64,000 nucleotides of DNA from Terrimesophilobacter sp. (lineage in GTDB: Bacteria; Actinomycetota; Actinomycetes; Actinomycetales; Microbacteriaceae): assembly GCA_039927595.1 (NCBI GenBank), contig JBDSUT010000174.1, positions 217-64,216 on the forward strand, in the 5' to 3' direction. The translations under genes and the position numbers were made by a program. Under the pieces are notes generated by a model. The model saw only the letters and a program-made list of their open reading frames with translations, was not told the origin of the DNA and did not search any database. Below, one piece after another: positions 41,063 to 50,678 of this stretch (its first letter is position 1; every line of letters begins with the position of its first letter).

Positions 41063-42480
41063 GCGACAGCACGGTCGCTGCGGTTGACCTCGGCGCAACA
41101 AGTGGCCGAGTCATCGTTGGTGCCGTGCGCGATGGAATGGTGCGCTTAGAGTCCACCGCCCGGTTTCCTAACATTCCGGTCCGTACAATAGATGGGCTGC
41201 ACTGGAACACCCTTGAGCTGTTTCGCAACGTGGTCGACGGCCTCGTAGAAGCAAGCCGTGAGCGCACTATTGTGAGTGTTGGCATCGACTCGTGGGGTGT
41301 TGACTATGGGCTCATGCGGTGCGGAGAACTCGCCAGCATCCCCTTCCACTACCGCGATGAGCGCACCGAGTCGCCCTCTCGCCGACTTCTTGAAAAGGTC
41401 AGTGTTTCTCACCTGTACCAGCGCACTGGAATTCAGCATATGGCGATTAACACGATCGTCCAGCTGGAGGATGACCGTGAGCGTGGCCGACTCACCAACG
41501 TTGATCGCGCGTTGCTCACCCCCGATCTCATGGGGTACTGGCTCACGGGTGTACAGATTACGGAGCGCACGATCGCCTCGACTACCGGGCTCCTTAACGC
41601 GAGGACCCGAGAGTGGGACGGTGAACTGCTTGCCGTGATCGGCCTACAGAGTGGTTTTTTTGCAGACCTGGTTGACCCCGGAGTAAACGTTGCACCTCTT
41701 CGCCCGGAGCTGGGGATGCTGGGGAAGGCGGTTCTCACCACTGTTGGCTCACACGACACCGCCTCTGCGGTCGTGGGCATCCCTGCTGTCAGCGAGAACT
41801 TTGCCTACATCTCCTGCGGTACGTGGGGAATTGTTGGCGTGGAGGTGGCGCAACCCATCCTCACAGAAGTGAGCCGTGAGGCGGGCTTCACCAATGAGGG
41901 TGGCGTGGATGGCCGCATTCGATTCCAACGAAATGCGATGGGCTTGTGGGTTCTTAGCGAAATGATTCGCACGTGGGAGGGCGAGGATGGGTGCGCCATT
42001 GACCTCCCTTCTCTGCTGAATGCGGCCGAGAACGTCTCAGAGACCGTGTCAGTTTTCGATGCAGACGATTCAGTTTTTGCAGCACCCGGCGACATGGCGG
42101 CCCGAATTGCTGAATGGCTTTCTCGCCACGACCTGCCAGTGCCTCACAATCGAGCAGCCCTGACCCGCTGCGTTGTCGAGTCGCTCGCCGAGGGGTTCGC
42201 TCAGGCAGTCCGTCAAATCGGGGAACAAACCGGGCGCGAGATTCCCCTCATCCACATTGTGGGGGGCGGCTCGCAGAACAGATTGCTGTGCCAGGCCGTC
42301 GCAGACCGCTCTGGTAGGAAAGTTCTGGCAGGGCCCGTCGAGGCAACCGCGACCGGGAATGTACTCGTTCAGGCCCGCACTGCCGGACTCATCTCTGGAG
42401 GGATTGACGCGTTACGTTCCATCGTCGCGGCATCCGCTTCGCCGCGCGAGTTCACCCCGAAGCTTGCGAATAGGGGTTGA
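41059..42480 (+). CDS. rhaB: Rhamnulokinase-like FGGY sugar kinase
   Basis: AVDLGATSGR, GIDSWGVDY, YRDER, GSHDTASA, SCGTW, FTNEGG, GGGSQN, GPVEAT. Confidence 0.88.
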   Translation: MSDSTVAAVDLGATSGRVIVGAVRDGMVRLESTARFPNIPVRTIDGLHWNTLELFRNVVDGLVEASRERTIVSVGIDSWGVDYGLMRCGELASIPFHYRDERTESPSRRLLEKVSVSHLYQRTGIQHMAINTIVQLEDDRERGRLTNVDRALLTPDLMGYWLTGVQITERTIASTTGLLNARTREWDGELLAVIGLQSGFFADLVDPGVNVAPLRPELGMLGKAVLTTVGSHDTASAVVGIPAVSENFAYISCGTWGIVGVEVAQPILTEVSREAGFTNEGGVDGRIRFQRNAMGLWVLSEMIRTWEGEDGCAIDLPSLLNAAENVSETVSVFDADDSVFAAPGDMAARIAEWLSRHDLPVPHNRAALTRCVVESLAEGFAQAVRQIGEQTGREIPLIHIVGGGSQNRLLCQAVADRSGRKVLAGPVEATATGNVLVQARTAGLISGGIDALRSIVAASASPREFTPKLANRG

Positions 42481-42489
42481 GCAACCAGC

Positions 42490-43425
42490 TCAGCCAATGC
42501 GCTTCAACGCGTCGACGATGAGAGCCCAGAACTTCTCGTGGTCGAGGTCGGTGGCAGCGTAGGTGGTGCAGTCCTCCGGGGCCGCGGCGCGAAAGTCTGC
42601 CACCGTCATGCCGAGGGTGAGCGAGCCGGTGAGTTCCACATCGATCGGAACCCGGATGACCCGCATGACAGTCGGGTCGATGACGAGGGCGACAGCGCAG
42701 GGGTCATGTACGGGAGGGTAGTCGAAGCCCTGGGCCTCCCGATAGCTTTCGGTGAAGAAGTCCATGAGCTCCAGAACAAACTGTGCTGGCTTTGTACCGA
42801 GGGCAGTGATCGCTGCAACGACATCCGGTGTGGCAAGCGCTTGGTGGGTGACATCGAGGCCCACCATGGTGAGTTTCCACTTCTCGTTGAAGACGATGTG
42901 TGCGGCCTCTGGGTCAATCACAATGTTGAACTCGGCCGCGGCGCTCCAGTTGCCGACGTGGTACCCGCCGCCCATGAGCACGACCTCTTTGACGCGTTGC
43001 GCAATCCGCGGCTCTTTGCGCACCGCGAGAGCAATGTTGGTGAGAGCTCCGGTGGGAACGAGAGTGATTGTGCCTGGCTCGTTGTTCATGATGGTGTCGA
43101 TGATGAGGTCGACGGCGTGACGTTCATCGACGGCGAACGCCGGCTCTGGAAGGGCAGGCCCGTCCATTCCTGAGTCGCCGTGAATGGATTCTGCGACTTC
43201 TGCCTCACGCACGAGGGGTCGATGTGCCCCAGCCGCGAAGGGCACCCCGGTGATCCCGGCGATGGTTGCCACCGCGAGAGCATTGCGCGTGACCTTGTCG
43301 ATCGTCTGGTTTCCGTGCACCGTCGTGACAGCCACGAGGTCGATGTCGGGGTTGCCGTGAGCCAGAAGCATCGCCACCGCATCGTCGTGCCCAGGGTCGC
43401 AGTCGAGAATGATCTTTGTAGCCAT
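42490..43425 (-). CDS. IU-NH family nucleoside hydrolase, copy 2
   Basis: Same motifs and same length (311 aa) as copy 1; ATG 43425 lies 6 nt after TATGAT. Confidence 0.95.
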   Translation of the reverse strand: MATKIILDCDPGHDDAVAMLLAHGNPDIDLVAVTTVHGNQTIDKVTRNALAVATIAGITGVPFAAGAHRPLVREAEVAESIHGDSGMDGPALPEPAFAVDERHAVDLIIDTIMNNEPGTITLVPTGALTNIALAVRKEPRIAQRVKEVVLMGGGYHVGNWSAAAEFNIVIDPEAAHIVFNEKWKLTMVGLDVTHQALATPDVVAAITALGTKPAQFVLELMDFFTESYREAQGFDYPPVHDPCAVALVIDPTVMRVIRVPIDVELTGSLTLGMTVADFRAAAPEDCTTYAATDLDHEKFWALIVDALKRIG

Positions 43426-43490
43426 GACCACATCATAATTGGGCTTGCGCCTGACTTCTGGGCAGTGAGGCGGTCGGCTAGGTTTGCATC

Positions 43491-44624
43491 ATGACAGTTG
43501 AGAGTTTCGCGCCGGCAGCTGGTCGTCAGTTTGTTCTTCCCGGCGGGGTTGCAGTGAACTCGTTGCCCAAGGTGTCACTGCATGACCACCTCGATGGTGG
43601 CCTGAGACCCGCAACCATCATCGACCTTGCCGCTGAGTTCGAGCTCGACTTGCCGACCCATGACCCGCACGAACTGGGGGCGTGGTTTGCGAACCAGGCA
43701 GATTCTGGATCCCTCGTGGAGTACCTCAAAACTTTTGACGTCACACTTTCGGTCATGCAGACCGCGCACGGCCTCGCGCGGGTTGCGCGCGAGTTTGTTG
43801 AAGATCTGCATGCCGATGGGGTGATCTATGGTGAGGTTCGTTGGGCACCAGAACAGCACCTCACGCGCGGACTCAGTCTTGATGAAGCGGTGGAAGCGGT
43901 GCAACAGGGCATCGAGGATGGAACTGCCGCGGTAACCAAGATGGGCGGGAGCATTCGCATCGGGCAACTGGTCTCGGCGATGCGTCACGCCGACAACGGT
44001 CTCGAGATTGCCAAGCTGGCCGTGCGACGCAGAGATAGGGGAGTCGTCGGTTTCGATATCGCTGGGCCGGAAGATGGATTCCCGCCGAGCAGGATGCTGC
44101 CAGCATTCGATTACCTCGCCGAGCACTACTTTCCGGTCACCGTTCACGCGGGGGAGGCGGCGGGTCTCGACAGCATCCGCAGCGCGCTCTTGGACGGCCG
44201 TACGCTGCGCCTCGGTCATGGCGTGCGCATTGCGGAAGACATTGAAGTCGAGACTGCGGGAGCCAGCAGTATCGTAACGCTGGGCTTGCTCGCCGAATGG
44301 GTGAAGGACCGCGAAATCGCTCTCGAACTGAGCCCGTCATCGAATCTTCAAACCGGTGCGATTGCGGCATGGGGAACCCAGCTTTCTGACCACCCGTTCG
44401 ACATGCTGTACCAGTTGGGTTTCACCGTGACGGTCAACACGGATAACCGGTTGATGAGCAACACGACTCTCAGTCAGGAGCTTTCACTGCTCGCCGATAC
44501 GTTCTCGTACGACCTTGGCGATGTCGCCACATTCCAGCTCAACGCGGCCCTCTCCTGCTTTCTTCCGGTGGAAGAGCGGGGCGAGCTTGCTGCACGGATC
44601 ACTGAAGCGTTCGACGCAATCTAA
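43491..44624 (+). CDS. add: Adenosine deaminase
   Basis: LPKVSLHDHLDGG, GFDIAGPE, TVHAGE, RLGHG, VNTDN. Confidence 0.95.
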   Translation: MTVESFAPAAGRQFVLPGGVAVNSLPKVSLHDHLDGGLRPATIIDLAAEFELDLPTHDPHELGAWFANQADSGSLVEYLKTFDVTLSVMQTAHGLARVAREFVEDLHADGVIYGEVRWAPEQHLTRGLSLDEAVEAVQQGIEDGTAAVTKMGGSIRIGQLVSAMRHADNGLEIAKLAVRRRDRGVVGFDIAGPEDGFPPSRMLPAFDYLAEHYFPVTVHAGEAAGLDSIRSALLDGRTLRLGHGVRIAEDIEVETAGASSIVTLGLLAEWVKDREIALELSPSSNLQTGAIAAWGTQLSDHPFDMLYQLGFTVTVNTDNRLMSNTTLSQELSLLADTFSYDLGDVATFQLNAALSCFLPVEERGELAARITEAFDAI

Positions 44625-44679
44625 AGACTTGCTCCGGCTGAATATACGGCGGTTGTCGTTGGCGCAGCGTGCGTGAACG

Positions 44680-45339
44680 CTACTTGAGCCTCATGTAGAC
44701 CGGGTTGCCCCAGATACGGTGGTACTCGACGTAGCGACCCCAGGTGGGCGAGTCGAGCAACATGCCGCCGCCCGCATAGATTCCCACGTGCTGACCCGGC
44801 CACCAGAGCAAGTCTCCTGGCTGTGCATCTGCGGGGGAGATTGCCACAAAGTGGCTCGCCAACGCGTTGACCGTGCGAGGAAGAGAAATTCCGAAGTTGC
44901 CAAAAACGTATTGCACAAACCCGTCGCAACTGAAGCTCGTCGTGGGGCTATTGCCACTGCCGTAGGGCACAATTCCAACAAACTGCATACCGAATTGCAC
45001 AACTGCGCCCCCGCTATATGATTGCGCGGGCGGGTTGAGGGTCAAGAACCGGTTGACCATTGCGGCCCTGACGGGAGCGGGCTTCGTGGCGGTGTAGTTG
45101 TCGCGAGTAACGGAAAGCTCGATCGATGCGGATACCGCGACTTCTTGTAACGGCTCGGCAGCAGGAGCGATCTCGGCCACGCTCGACGTGTCTCCGGCCG
45201 CGGCAAACGCAGCGTTCGGAACGCTTTGCGATGAGTTGTTGAACGCGTTGGCTGGAAGCGCCAAGGCGGCGACTAATCCGCCAGAAACCGCGATAACTGC
45301 CAACTTTGCGACAGCCTCTCGTGCCTTACTGGAAATCAC
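44680..45339 (-). CDS. Secreted NlpC/P60 (C40) peptidoglycan endopeptidase
   Basis: Signal peptide ...LALPANA; VPYG, FSCDGFVQYVF (catalytic Cys), LPRT, PGDLL, HVGIYAG. GTG at 45339 follows a GAGAGAGG RBS-like sequence. Confidence 0.85.
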   Translation of the reverse strand: MISSKAREAVAKLAVIAVSGGLVAALALPANAFNNSSQSVPNAAFAAAGDTSSVAEIAPAAEPLQEVAVSASIELSVTRDNYTATKPAPVRAAMVNRFLTLNPPAQSYSGGAVVQFGMQFVGIVPYGSGNSPTTSFSCDGFVQYVFGNFGISLPRTVNALASHFVAISPADAQPGDLLWWPGQHVGIYAGGGMLLDSPTWGRYVEYHRIWGNPVYMRLK

Positions 45340-45488
45340 GCGATGCAAACCTCTCTCAAGCACGTACCGAATAATCGGCGCGATGCCGGGCACAAAAATC
45401 TGAACGTCAGTTAATAACTGTACCGTGATGAGATGCTGGAGCCCAGCTGAGGTGACAAAATCAGGACTTTCACAGCCGGGACCAGCCC

Positions 45489-46766
45489 TTATTGCCGCGT
45501 GAGGTCGAATCGAGCCAAGGCATCTGCGTCGCGTGCGTACGTCGCGGAGCTCCGCGCCGTGTCGAGGGCGGCTACTGGATCGGTTTCTGCCTCCGCCACC
45601 ATCAGCAGGCGTTCGGCCTCGGCAAGCCTCGTGCGGGCTTCAGCGCCGACGCCACCACGGCGGTTGTCAATGAAGTTCTTGGTGGCTTTGAGTTGGCTCC
45701 TCGCCCCCACAAGTGCACCGACTAAAGCGGTTCGGGCGCCCTCAAGACGCTGAGTCTGGTTTCGTGCAACGGCCATACTGGCATCAAGCTCCGCGTTTGC
45801 CTCTCGCAGGGTTTCGAGAGTGGCAAACGGATCCTTTGCCTCCCGGTCTGTGGCGAGAGCCGCCTCGACGATGCCGATCGCGCGGTTCACTGCGACACCC
45901 GCATCGGGGTTTGGTGGCGTGTCCCGCACGGATCGTGCCCCGGCGAGGCTCGTCGTTGTCGACTCGCGTAGGGCGGCAAGTGCGTCGCTGGTAGTGATGA
46001 GTTCATCATGAAGCGTGTCGATGGCGTCGAGAAACTTGCCCGCGCGATAAATATGTTCCGCTGCGGACTGGATGAGTTCGGTTGCGGTACCCACTTTTGC
46101 CGCAGAGCCTGTCTCGCCGAGAGCCTTGCTGGCTCGCTCAGCGCCCTGCGCGGCATCGGCTCGCTCTTTCGCCGCGTGGTCGATGTTGTCCGAGATCGTG
46201 GAGAGTGCTCTCGCGTTGTATCGGGCGGTCAAAGCATCGAGTGTCGCGGTCGCTGCCGCCATTCTGGCATCGACACCGTCAATGGCAGTTCGCACCGCGG
46301 ATAGATTTTGTGGGGCGTTCTTCTCCAGTTCACGAAGTGTTGCAAAAGCGACTTCTTGGGTCTGCAACGAGTCTCGTGCCGTCTCGCAGAGATGGATGAT
46401 GCGTCCATTCCAATCTCGACGCTGCGTTTCCGAGTCCGTGTATGCGTCGTCGAGTTTCTGCTGCAGCCCGAACGCTTCCTTGAGCTGACTTTTTGCCGAG
46501 CTGAGTACGAGCTCAAACTCTTGGGACTTCACATCACCAAACTGGGCGATCGCAAACGCGAGTTCATCTTCCGCCGCCTTGATCGCGTCATCAACCCGAA
46601 CCAGAAGAATGTTGGCTCGCTGCTCGAGTGCGCCGAGGGCATCCGGAGTGTGGCGGACCTTTTTGCGTCGAGAAAGCAGCCAGAAGCCGCCACCAACAAG
46701 GAGGGCGAAGATCACCGCGACGGTCATCACCACGGTCCATGCAGCGCTGAGAAGTTGGCCACCCAT
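45489..46766 (-). CDS. Membrane-anchored coiled-coil protein resembling the C-terminal part of actinobacterial TPM-domain proteins
   Basis: One N-terminal TM; EDELAFAIAQFG, AFGLQQKLDD, FIDNRRGGVGAEARTRLAEAER. ATG 46766 lies 7 nt after TAGGAT. Confidence 0.7.
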   Translation of the reverse strand: MGGQLLSAAWTVVMTVAVIFALLVGGGFWLLSRRKKVRHTPDALGALEQRANILLVRVDDAIKAAEDELAFAIAQFGDVKSQEFELVLSSAKSQLKEAFGLQQKLDDAYTDSETQRRDWNGRIIHLCETARDSLQTQEVAFATLRELEKNAPQNLSAVRTAIDGVDARMAAATATLDALTARYNARALSTISDNIDHAAKERADAAQGAERASKALGETGSAAKVGTATELIQSAAEHIYRAGKFLDAIDTLHDELITTSDALAALRESTTTSLAGARSVRDTPPNPDAGVAVNRAIGIVEAALATDREAKDPFATLETLREANAELDASMAVARNQTQRLEGARTALVGALVGARSQLKATKNFIDNRRGGVGAEARTRLAEAERLLMVAEAETDPVAALDTARSSATYARDADALARFDLTRQ

Positions 46767-46890
46767 GGGGGATATCCTACGGTCGACCTGGCAAATAGGG
46801 CACGGCACGTGGAGAAATTTGATGCGACAAGAGCTGAAAAAATGGTCGCGCCTCCCCGCAAAACACTCAACTTGCGCTTAAGGTGGCATC

Positions 46891-49800
46891 GTGTGGCGGG
46901 CCGGCAATCATCATGACGACTTCCTGGATGAACCAGAGGAGGAGTTCGTCGACCCTGTGCGAGTGCAGCACCAAGTCACCTCGCCCCACGCGCTGAGTCT
47001 CGGTGACCCGAAATTCACTGCGATGAATGTGGCGGAGCCGACGTGGGGTGACTGGCGAGCCGACCTCGACTCGATGGGCGGCGAGAACCCCCTCCTTCAC
47101 TTCGTCGACGGGCCATCGACCCGTATTGAGCTTGGCGCGACGCACCCGGGTGGGCTCGCTCAGTTCATCACGGGTAAAATCACTCTGCTCTCCAGCCTTA
47201 TTCGCGACGATGTGGCGCTTCGTGCCGCAAAGCTTGCAGCCGGCGCGATTGCTGCGAAATCGATGGAGCTTTCCACGACACGAGGAATTGACTCCGTGCA
47301 CCTGGGAATCGGCGTCGCGGAGTGGACGTTCGACGATGTCGAATACCGGGCTCCCATTTTGTTGAGGCCGCTCGCCATCCGTCGATATGGGAACGACTTC
47401 GAGCTCAGGCTGCGCGGCGAACCGGTGCTTAACCGTGCGCTCGCCGCCGCCCTGGAACAGCAACACGGCATCGTTCTTGACGCGCGTGGCTTCGTTGCGC
47501 TTGCCGAGGAAGACGGATCGTTCAAACCGAACCCGGTGATCGACCGCCTCCGGGGGCTGACTCGTCACCTCGAGTGGTTCAGCGTGCAACCGAGGCTCGT
47601 CGTTTCCTCATTCGCGGATGTCGCCAGAGCGCTCGCCGCCGATGCGAGCGCACTCGATCACCCCATTCTTGATGCGCTCGCGGGCAACCCGAGTGCTCGG
47701 TGGGCGGTGGAAGAGAGTCACGCGCCCGCTGGGGTGCAGGACCCCGATCATCGTGCGCCCGAAACCGACACCCTGCTGCTGGACGCTGATTCTGAACAAG
47801 AAGGCGTTATTGCGCAGATCGCCGCGGGTAATTCCGTGGTGGTGAAGACGCTTCCCGGTACCGGCAGCACACAGACGATCGTCAACGCAATTGGTGTGCT
47901 CGTGCAGCAGAATAAGCGAGTTCTCGTCGTGAGCCCGCGTCGAGCTTCGCTTCAGGGTATTGCGCAGAGGCTCTCTGATATTGGTTTGGCGGGGTTGCCT
48001 GTAGCGTCGGCAACACTGCGGCGTGACGTCATCCGGGCAATCGGGCGCAACGAGAAGGCGAAAGCGCCCAAGTTGGGTGAAGTCGACGCGGCCCTCCTGC
48101 GTTTGCGGTCCGTACTGCTCGACTACCGAGGTGCTGTATCCCAGGTCGACCCCGACTTGGGTGTCTCTGTCTTGGATTGCCTCACCGAGCTTTCGCGTCT
48201 CGCGCTGCTTCCACAACCACCGGCCACCACAGCGCGGCTCAGTCGTGCCTCTGTTGAGCTCATGGCGAAGGGGCGGGAGACCGCGTCTGCCACCATGCTC
48301 CAGGCTGCGAGGCTTGGGGAGTTTAAGTACGGTCCCGGCGACTCTGCTTGGTATGGTGCCTCGTTTGCGAACGGCGAGCGGGCGACGAGGGCGCATGCAA
48401 TAGCGAAGCAGCTTTTTGCCGTGGAGTTGCCGCGGCTTCTGCAACGGGCGACAGAACTCGTTGCCGGCACGAGGATGCGACCGTTTGAGACAGTTTCTGA
48501 GCTGGGCGTGTATTTGCGTTTGCTCACGGAGATCCGTGACTCCCTAGACAAGTTTCTTCCCGTGGTATTCGATCGCTCGCTCAGCGAGTTGATCGCCGCC
48601 ACGAGTTCGCGTAAAGAGTCGGCACACATGTCGTCGGTGAACCGTCGACGCATGAAGAAGCTGGCTCGCGAATACCAGCGGCCGGGTGCACACGTTGGGG
48701 ATATCAACGAAGCTTTACGGCGCATTCAGCAGCAGCGTTTTATGTGGCAGCGTTTCACCTCCGAGGGTGTTTCCCCGCAGATTCCGGTCGGAATTGCGGA
48801 CGTGCAGGTTGCCCACCAGCAGGTCATGCAAGATCTCGCAGAACTCGATGCGCCGCTCGGTAGGCACACTGAGGCGAGTAAACTTTCGAACTTGCCAGTG
48901 CGCGAACTCATCGAAACCCTGAGTGGGCTCGCCGCTGATTCGGATGCCCTGAACAACCTTCAGGAGCGCAGTGTGTTGCTGTCAACATTGCGCGAGCTGG
49001 AGTTGGATCCACTGCTCTCAGACCTTTCTGAACGCCATGTGCCGGAATCTGAGGTTGCTGCAGAGCTTGAACTCGCGTGGTGGCGTTCCGCGCTCGAGTC
49101 TCTCCTGGAACGTGACCGTGCTCTTCTCGGCGCCAACACTGACGTTCTTGACCGGCTCGAAGCGGACTTCCGCTTGGTCGATGAAACTCACGCCTCGGGT
49201 AGTGCATCCTTGCTCGCGTGGCAGCTCGCGGAGAATTGGAGCGTTGGCTTAGCGGACTGGCCGGAGGAGGCCACCGACCTCAAGCGGTTATTGCGCGGCT
49301 CTTCGGTGACCTCCCGCGACCTTCAAGAGGCGGCACCGCACCTCTCTCGTTCTGTGGCTCCGGTGTGGATTGCCTCGCCGTATGAGGTGCCAGAGATTGT
49401 TGACTCGTTGCGGTTCGACGCGGTGCTTCTCGTCGATGCTGGCGCCATCACCGTGGCCGAGAGCATCGGCAGCATCCGCCGGGCTAAGCAGGTTGTGGCA
49501 TTTGGTGACCCGGTGACTCAAACCCCTTCAGCTTTTACGATTGCCTTGGGCGACGGTGAGCCTGTCACGCACACCGCTGAGGAATTGGATGAGTTGCATG
49601 CGGGCTCCGCTCTGGCTACCCTCGGCAACCTCTTGCCGACGATGACCCTTACGCGAAGCTATCGCGCCGGCGGCGAGGATCTTGCTGAGTTGGTCAACCG
49701 TCGCTTCTACGCCGGGCGTATCGAATCGATTCCGTGGGCCGGAAGTTTTCTCGGTCACAGCAGCATCCGAATCGACTTCATCGACAATGGTACCGGCATG

Positions 49801-50676
49801 CCAGAGGAAGACACCGGTGCAGTGGAAAGTGTCGACGCCGAAGTCGATCACGTCGTTGAGCTGGTGATCGAGCACGCAGCGGAGCGGCCCAAAGAGTCAC
49901 TCATGGTGCTCACCGCGAGCCCGAAGCACGCAATTCGGGTGCAGCGTGCGGTGCTCTTGGCCCTCTCAACCAGGCCAGAGTTGCACGAGTTTATTCTTGG
50001 GGATCGCGCTGAACCATTCCTCGTGGCAACGATTGAGCAAGCAGTGGCGGAAAGCCGGGATCGGGTTATTTTCTCTATCGGATACGGTCGCACTCCGCAC
50101 GGTCGCGTGTTGAGTGACTTCGGTGCGTTGGGACGCCCGGGTGGAGAGCGGATGCTCGCGGCAGCGATGACGCGCGCGCGCCGCTCGATGGTGGTCGTCA
50201 CGTGCTTCGAGGCCTCCGATATTGACGAAGACCGCATGCAGTTCGGGGCGATTGCTCTTGCAGAGGTGCTCACCGATGTGAGTGCTCGAACTCGCATCGA
50301 GGCTGTTCCAGATGACAGTGACCCGATGCTCGTCGACCTCGCGCGACGTCTCGAAGCTCGAGGGCTCCGTGTGGCGCTCGGTCACCGGGGAAAGCTTGGA
50401 CTCGTTGTGAACCACCAGGGAAAGTGCCTCACCATTGAGACCGACTCTGTGTTGCACAGCACGAGTCTGCGGGAGTCACTGCGCCTGCGCCCGGAGCTGC
50501 TGCGTCGACTTGGTTGGCACTATTTGAGAGTTCACGCTTTCGAATTGTTCAGTAACCCCAACGCAGTGGCCGACCGTATTGTTGGAATTCTGGGTGTGAA
50601 CACCGCGCCAGTGACAGAACCCATCACGGTGGTTTCGTCGGTAAGCAATCCTTCAGCCCACGCGATGAATGGCTGA
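46891..50676 (+). CDS. Large DUF4011 / Upf1-like SF1 helicase / C-terminal REase-like (MTES_1575-type) protein with degenerate motifs
   Basis: 1261 aa; DADSEQ, KTLPGTGSTQTIVN, VLVVS, FDAVLLVDA, FGDP, LTRSYR, ESRDRVIFS, AMTRARR, LRRLGWHYLRV. Confidence 0.75.
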   Translation: MWRAGNHHDDFLDEPEEEFVDPVRVQHQVTSPHALSLGDPKFTAMNVAEPTWGDWRADLDSMGGENPLLHFVDGPSTRIELGATHPGGLAQFITGKITLLSSLIRDDVALRAAKLAAGAIAAKSMELSTTRGIDSVHLGIGVAEWTFDDVEYRAPILLRPLAIRRYGNDFELRLRGEPVLNRALAAALEQQHGIVLDARGFVALAEEDGSFKPNPVIDRLRGLTRHLEWFSVQPRLVVSSFADVARALAADASALDHPILDALAGNPSARWAVEESHAPAGVQDPDHRAPETDTLLLDADSEQEGVIAQIAAGNSVVVKTLPGTGSTQTIVNAIGVLVQQNKRVLVVSPRRASLQGIAQRLSDIGLAGLPVASATLRRDVIRAIGRNEKAKAPKLGEVDAALLRLRSVLLDYRGAVSQVDPDLGVSVLDCLTELSRLALLPQPPATTARLSRASVELMAKGRETASATMLQAARLGEFKYGPGDSAWYGASFANGERATRAHAIAKQLFAVELPRLLQRATELVAGTRMRPFETVSELGVYLRLLTEIRDSLDKFLPVVFDRSLSELIAATSSRKESAHMSSVNRRRMKKLAREYQRPGAHVGDINEALRRIQQQRFMWQRFTSEGVSPQIPVGIADVQVAHQQVMQDLAELDAPLGRHTEASKLSNLPVRELIETLSGLAADSDALNNLQERSVLLSTLRELELDPLLSDLSERHVPESEVAAELELAWWRSALESLLERDRALLGANTDVLDRLEADFRLVDETHASGSASLLAWQLAENWSVGLADWPEEATDLKRLLRGSSVTSRDLQEAAPHLSRSVAPVWIASPYEVPEIVDSLRFDAVLLVDAGAITVAESIGSIRRAKQVVAFGDPVTQTPSAFTIALGDGEPVTHTAEELDELHAGSALATLGNLLPTMTLTRSYRAGGEDLAELVNRRFYAGRIESIPWAGSFLGHSSIRIDFIDNGTGMPEEDTGAVESVDAEVDHVVELVIEHAAERPKESLMVLTASPKHAIRVQRAVLLALSTRPELHEFILGDRAEPFLVATIEQAVAESRDRVIFSIGYGRTPHGRVLSDFGALGRPGGERMLAAAMTRARRSMVVVTCFEASDIDEDRMQFGAIALAEVLTDVSARTRIEAVPDDSDPMLVDLARRLEARGLRVALGHRGKLGLVVNHQGKCLTIETDSVLHSTSLRESLRLRPELLRRLGWHYLRVHAFELFSNPNAVADRIVGILGVNTAPVTEPITVVSSVSNPSAHAMNG

Positions 50677-50678
50677 GC

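Noticed and set aside
39011-42480. Plain L-rhamnose utilisation operon
   Set aside because: No rhamnose isomerase, mutarotase, transporter or regulator is adjacent. Not excluded if those genes lie elsewhere, but not supported as a complete operon here.
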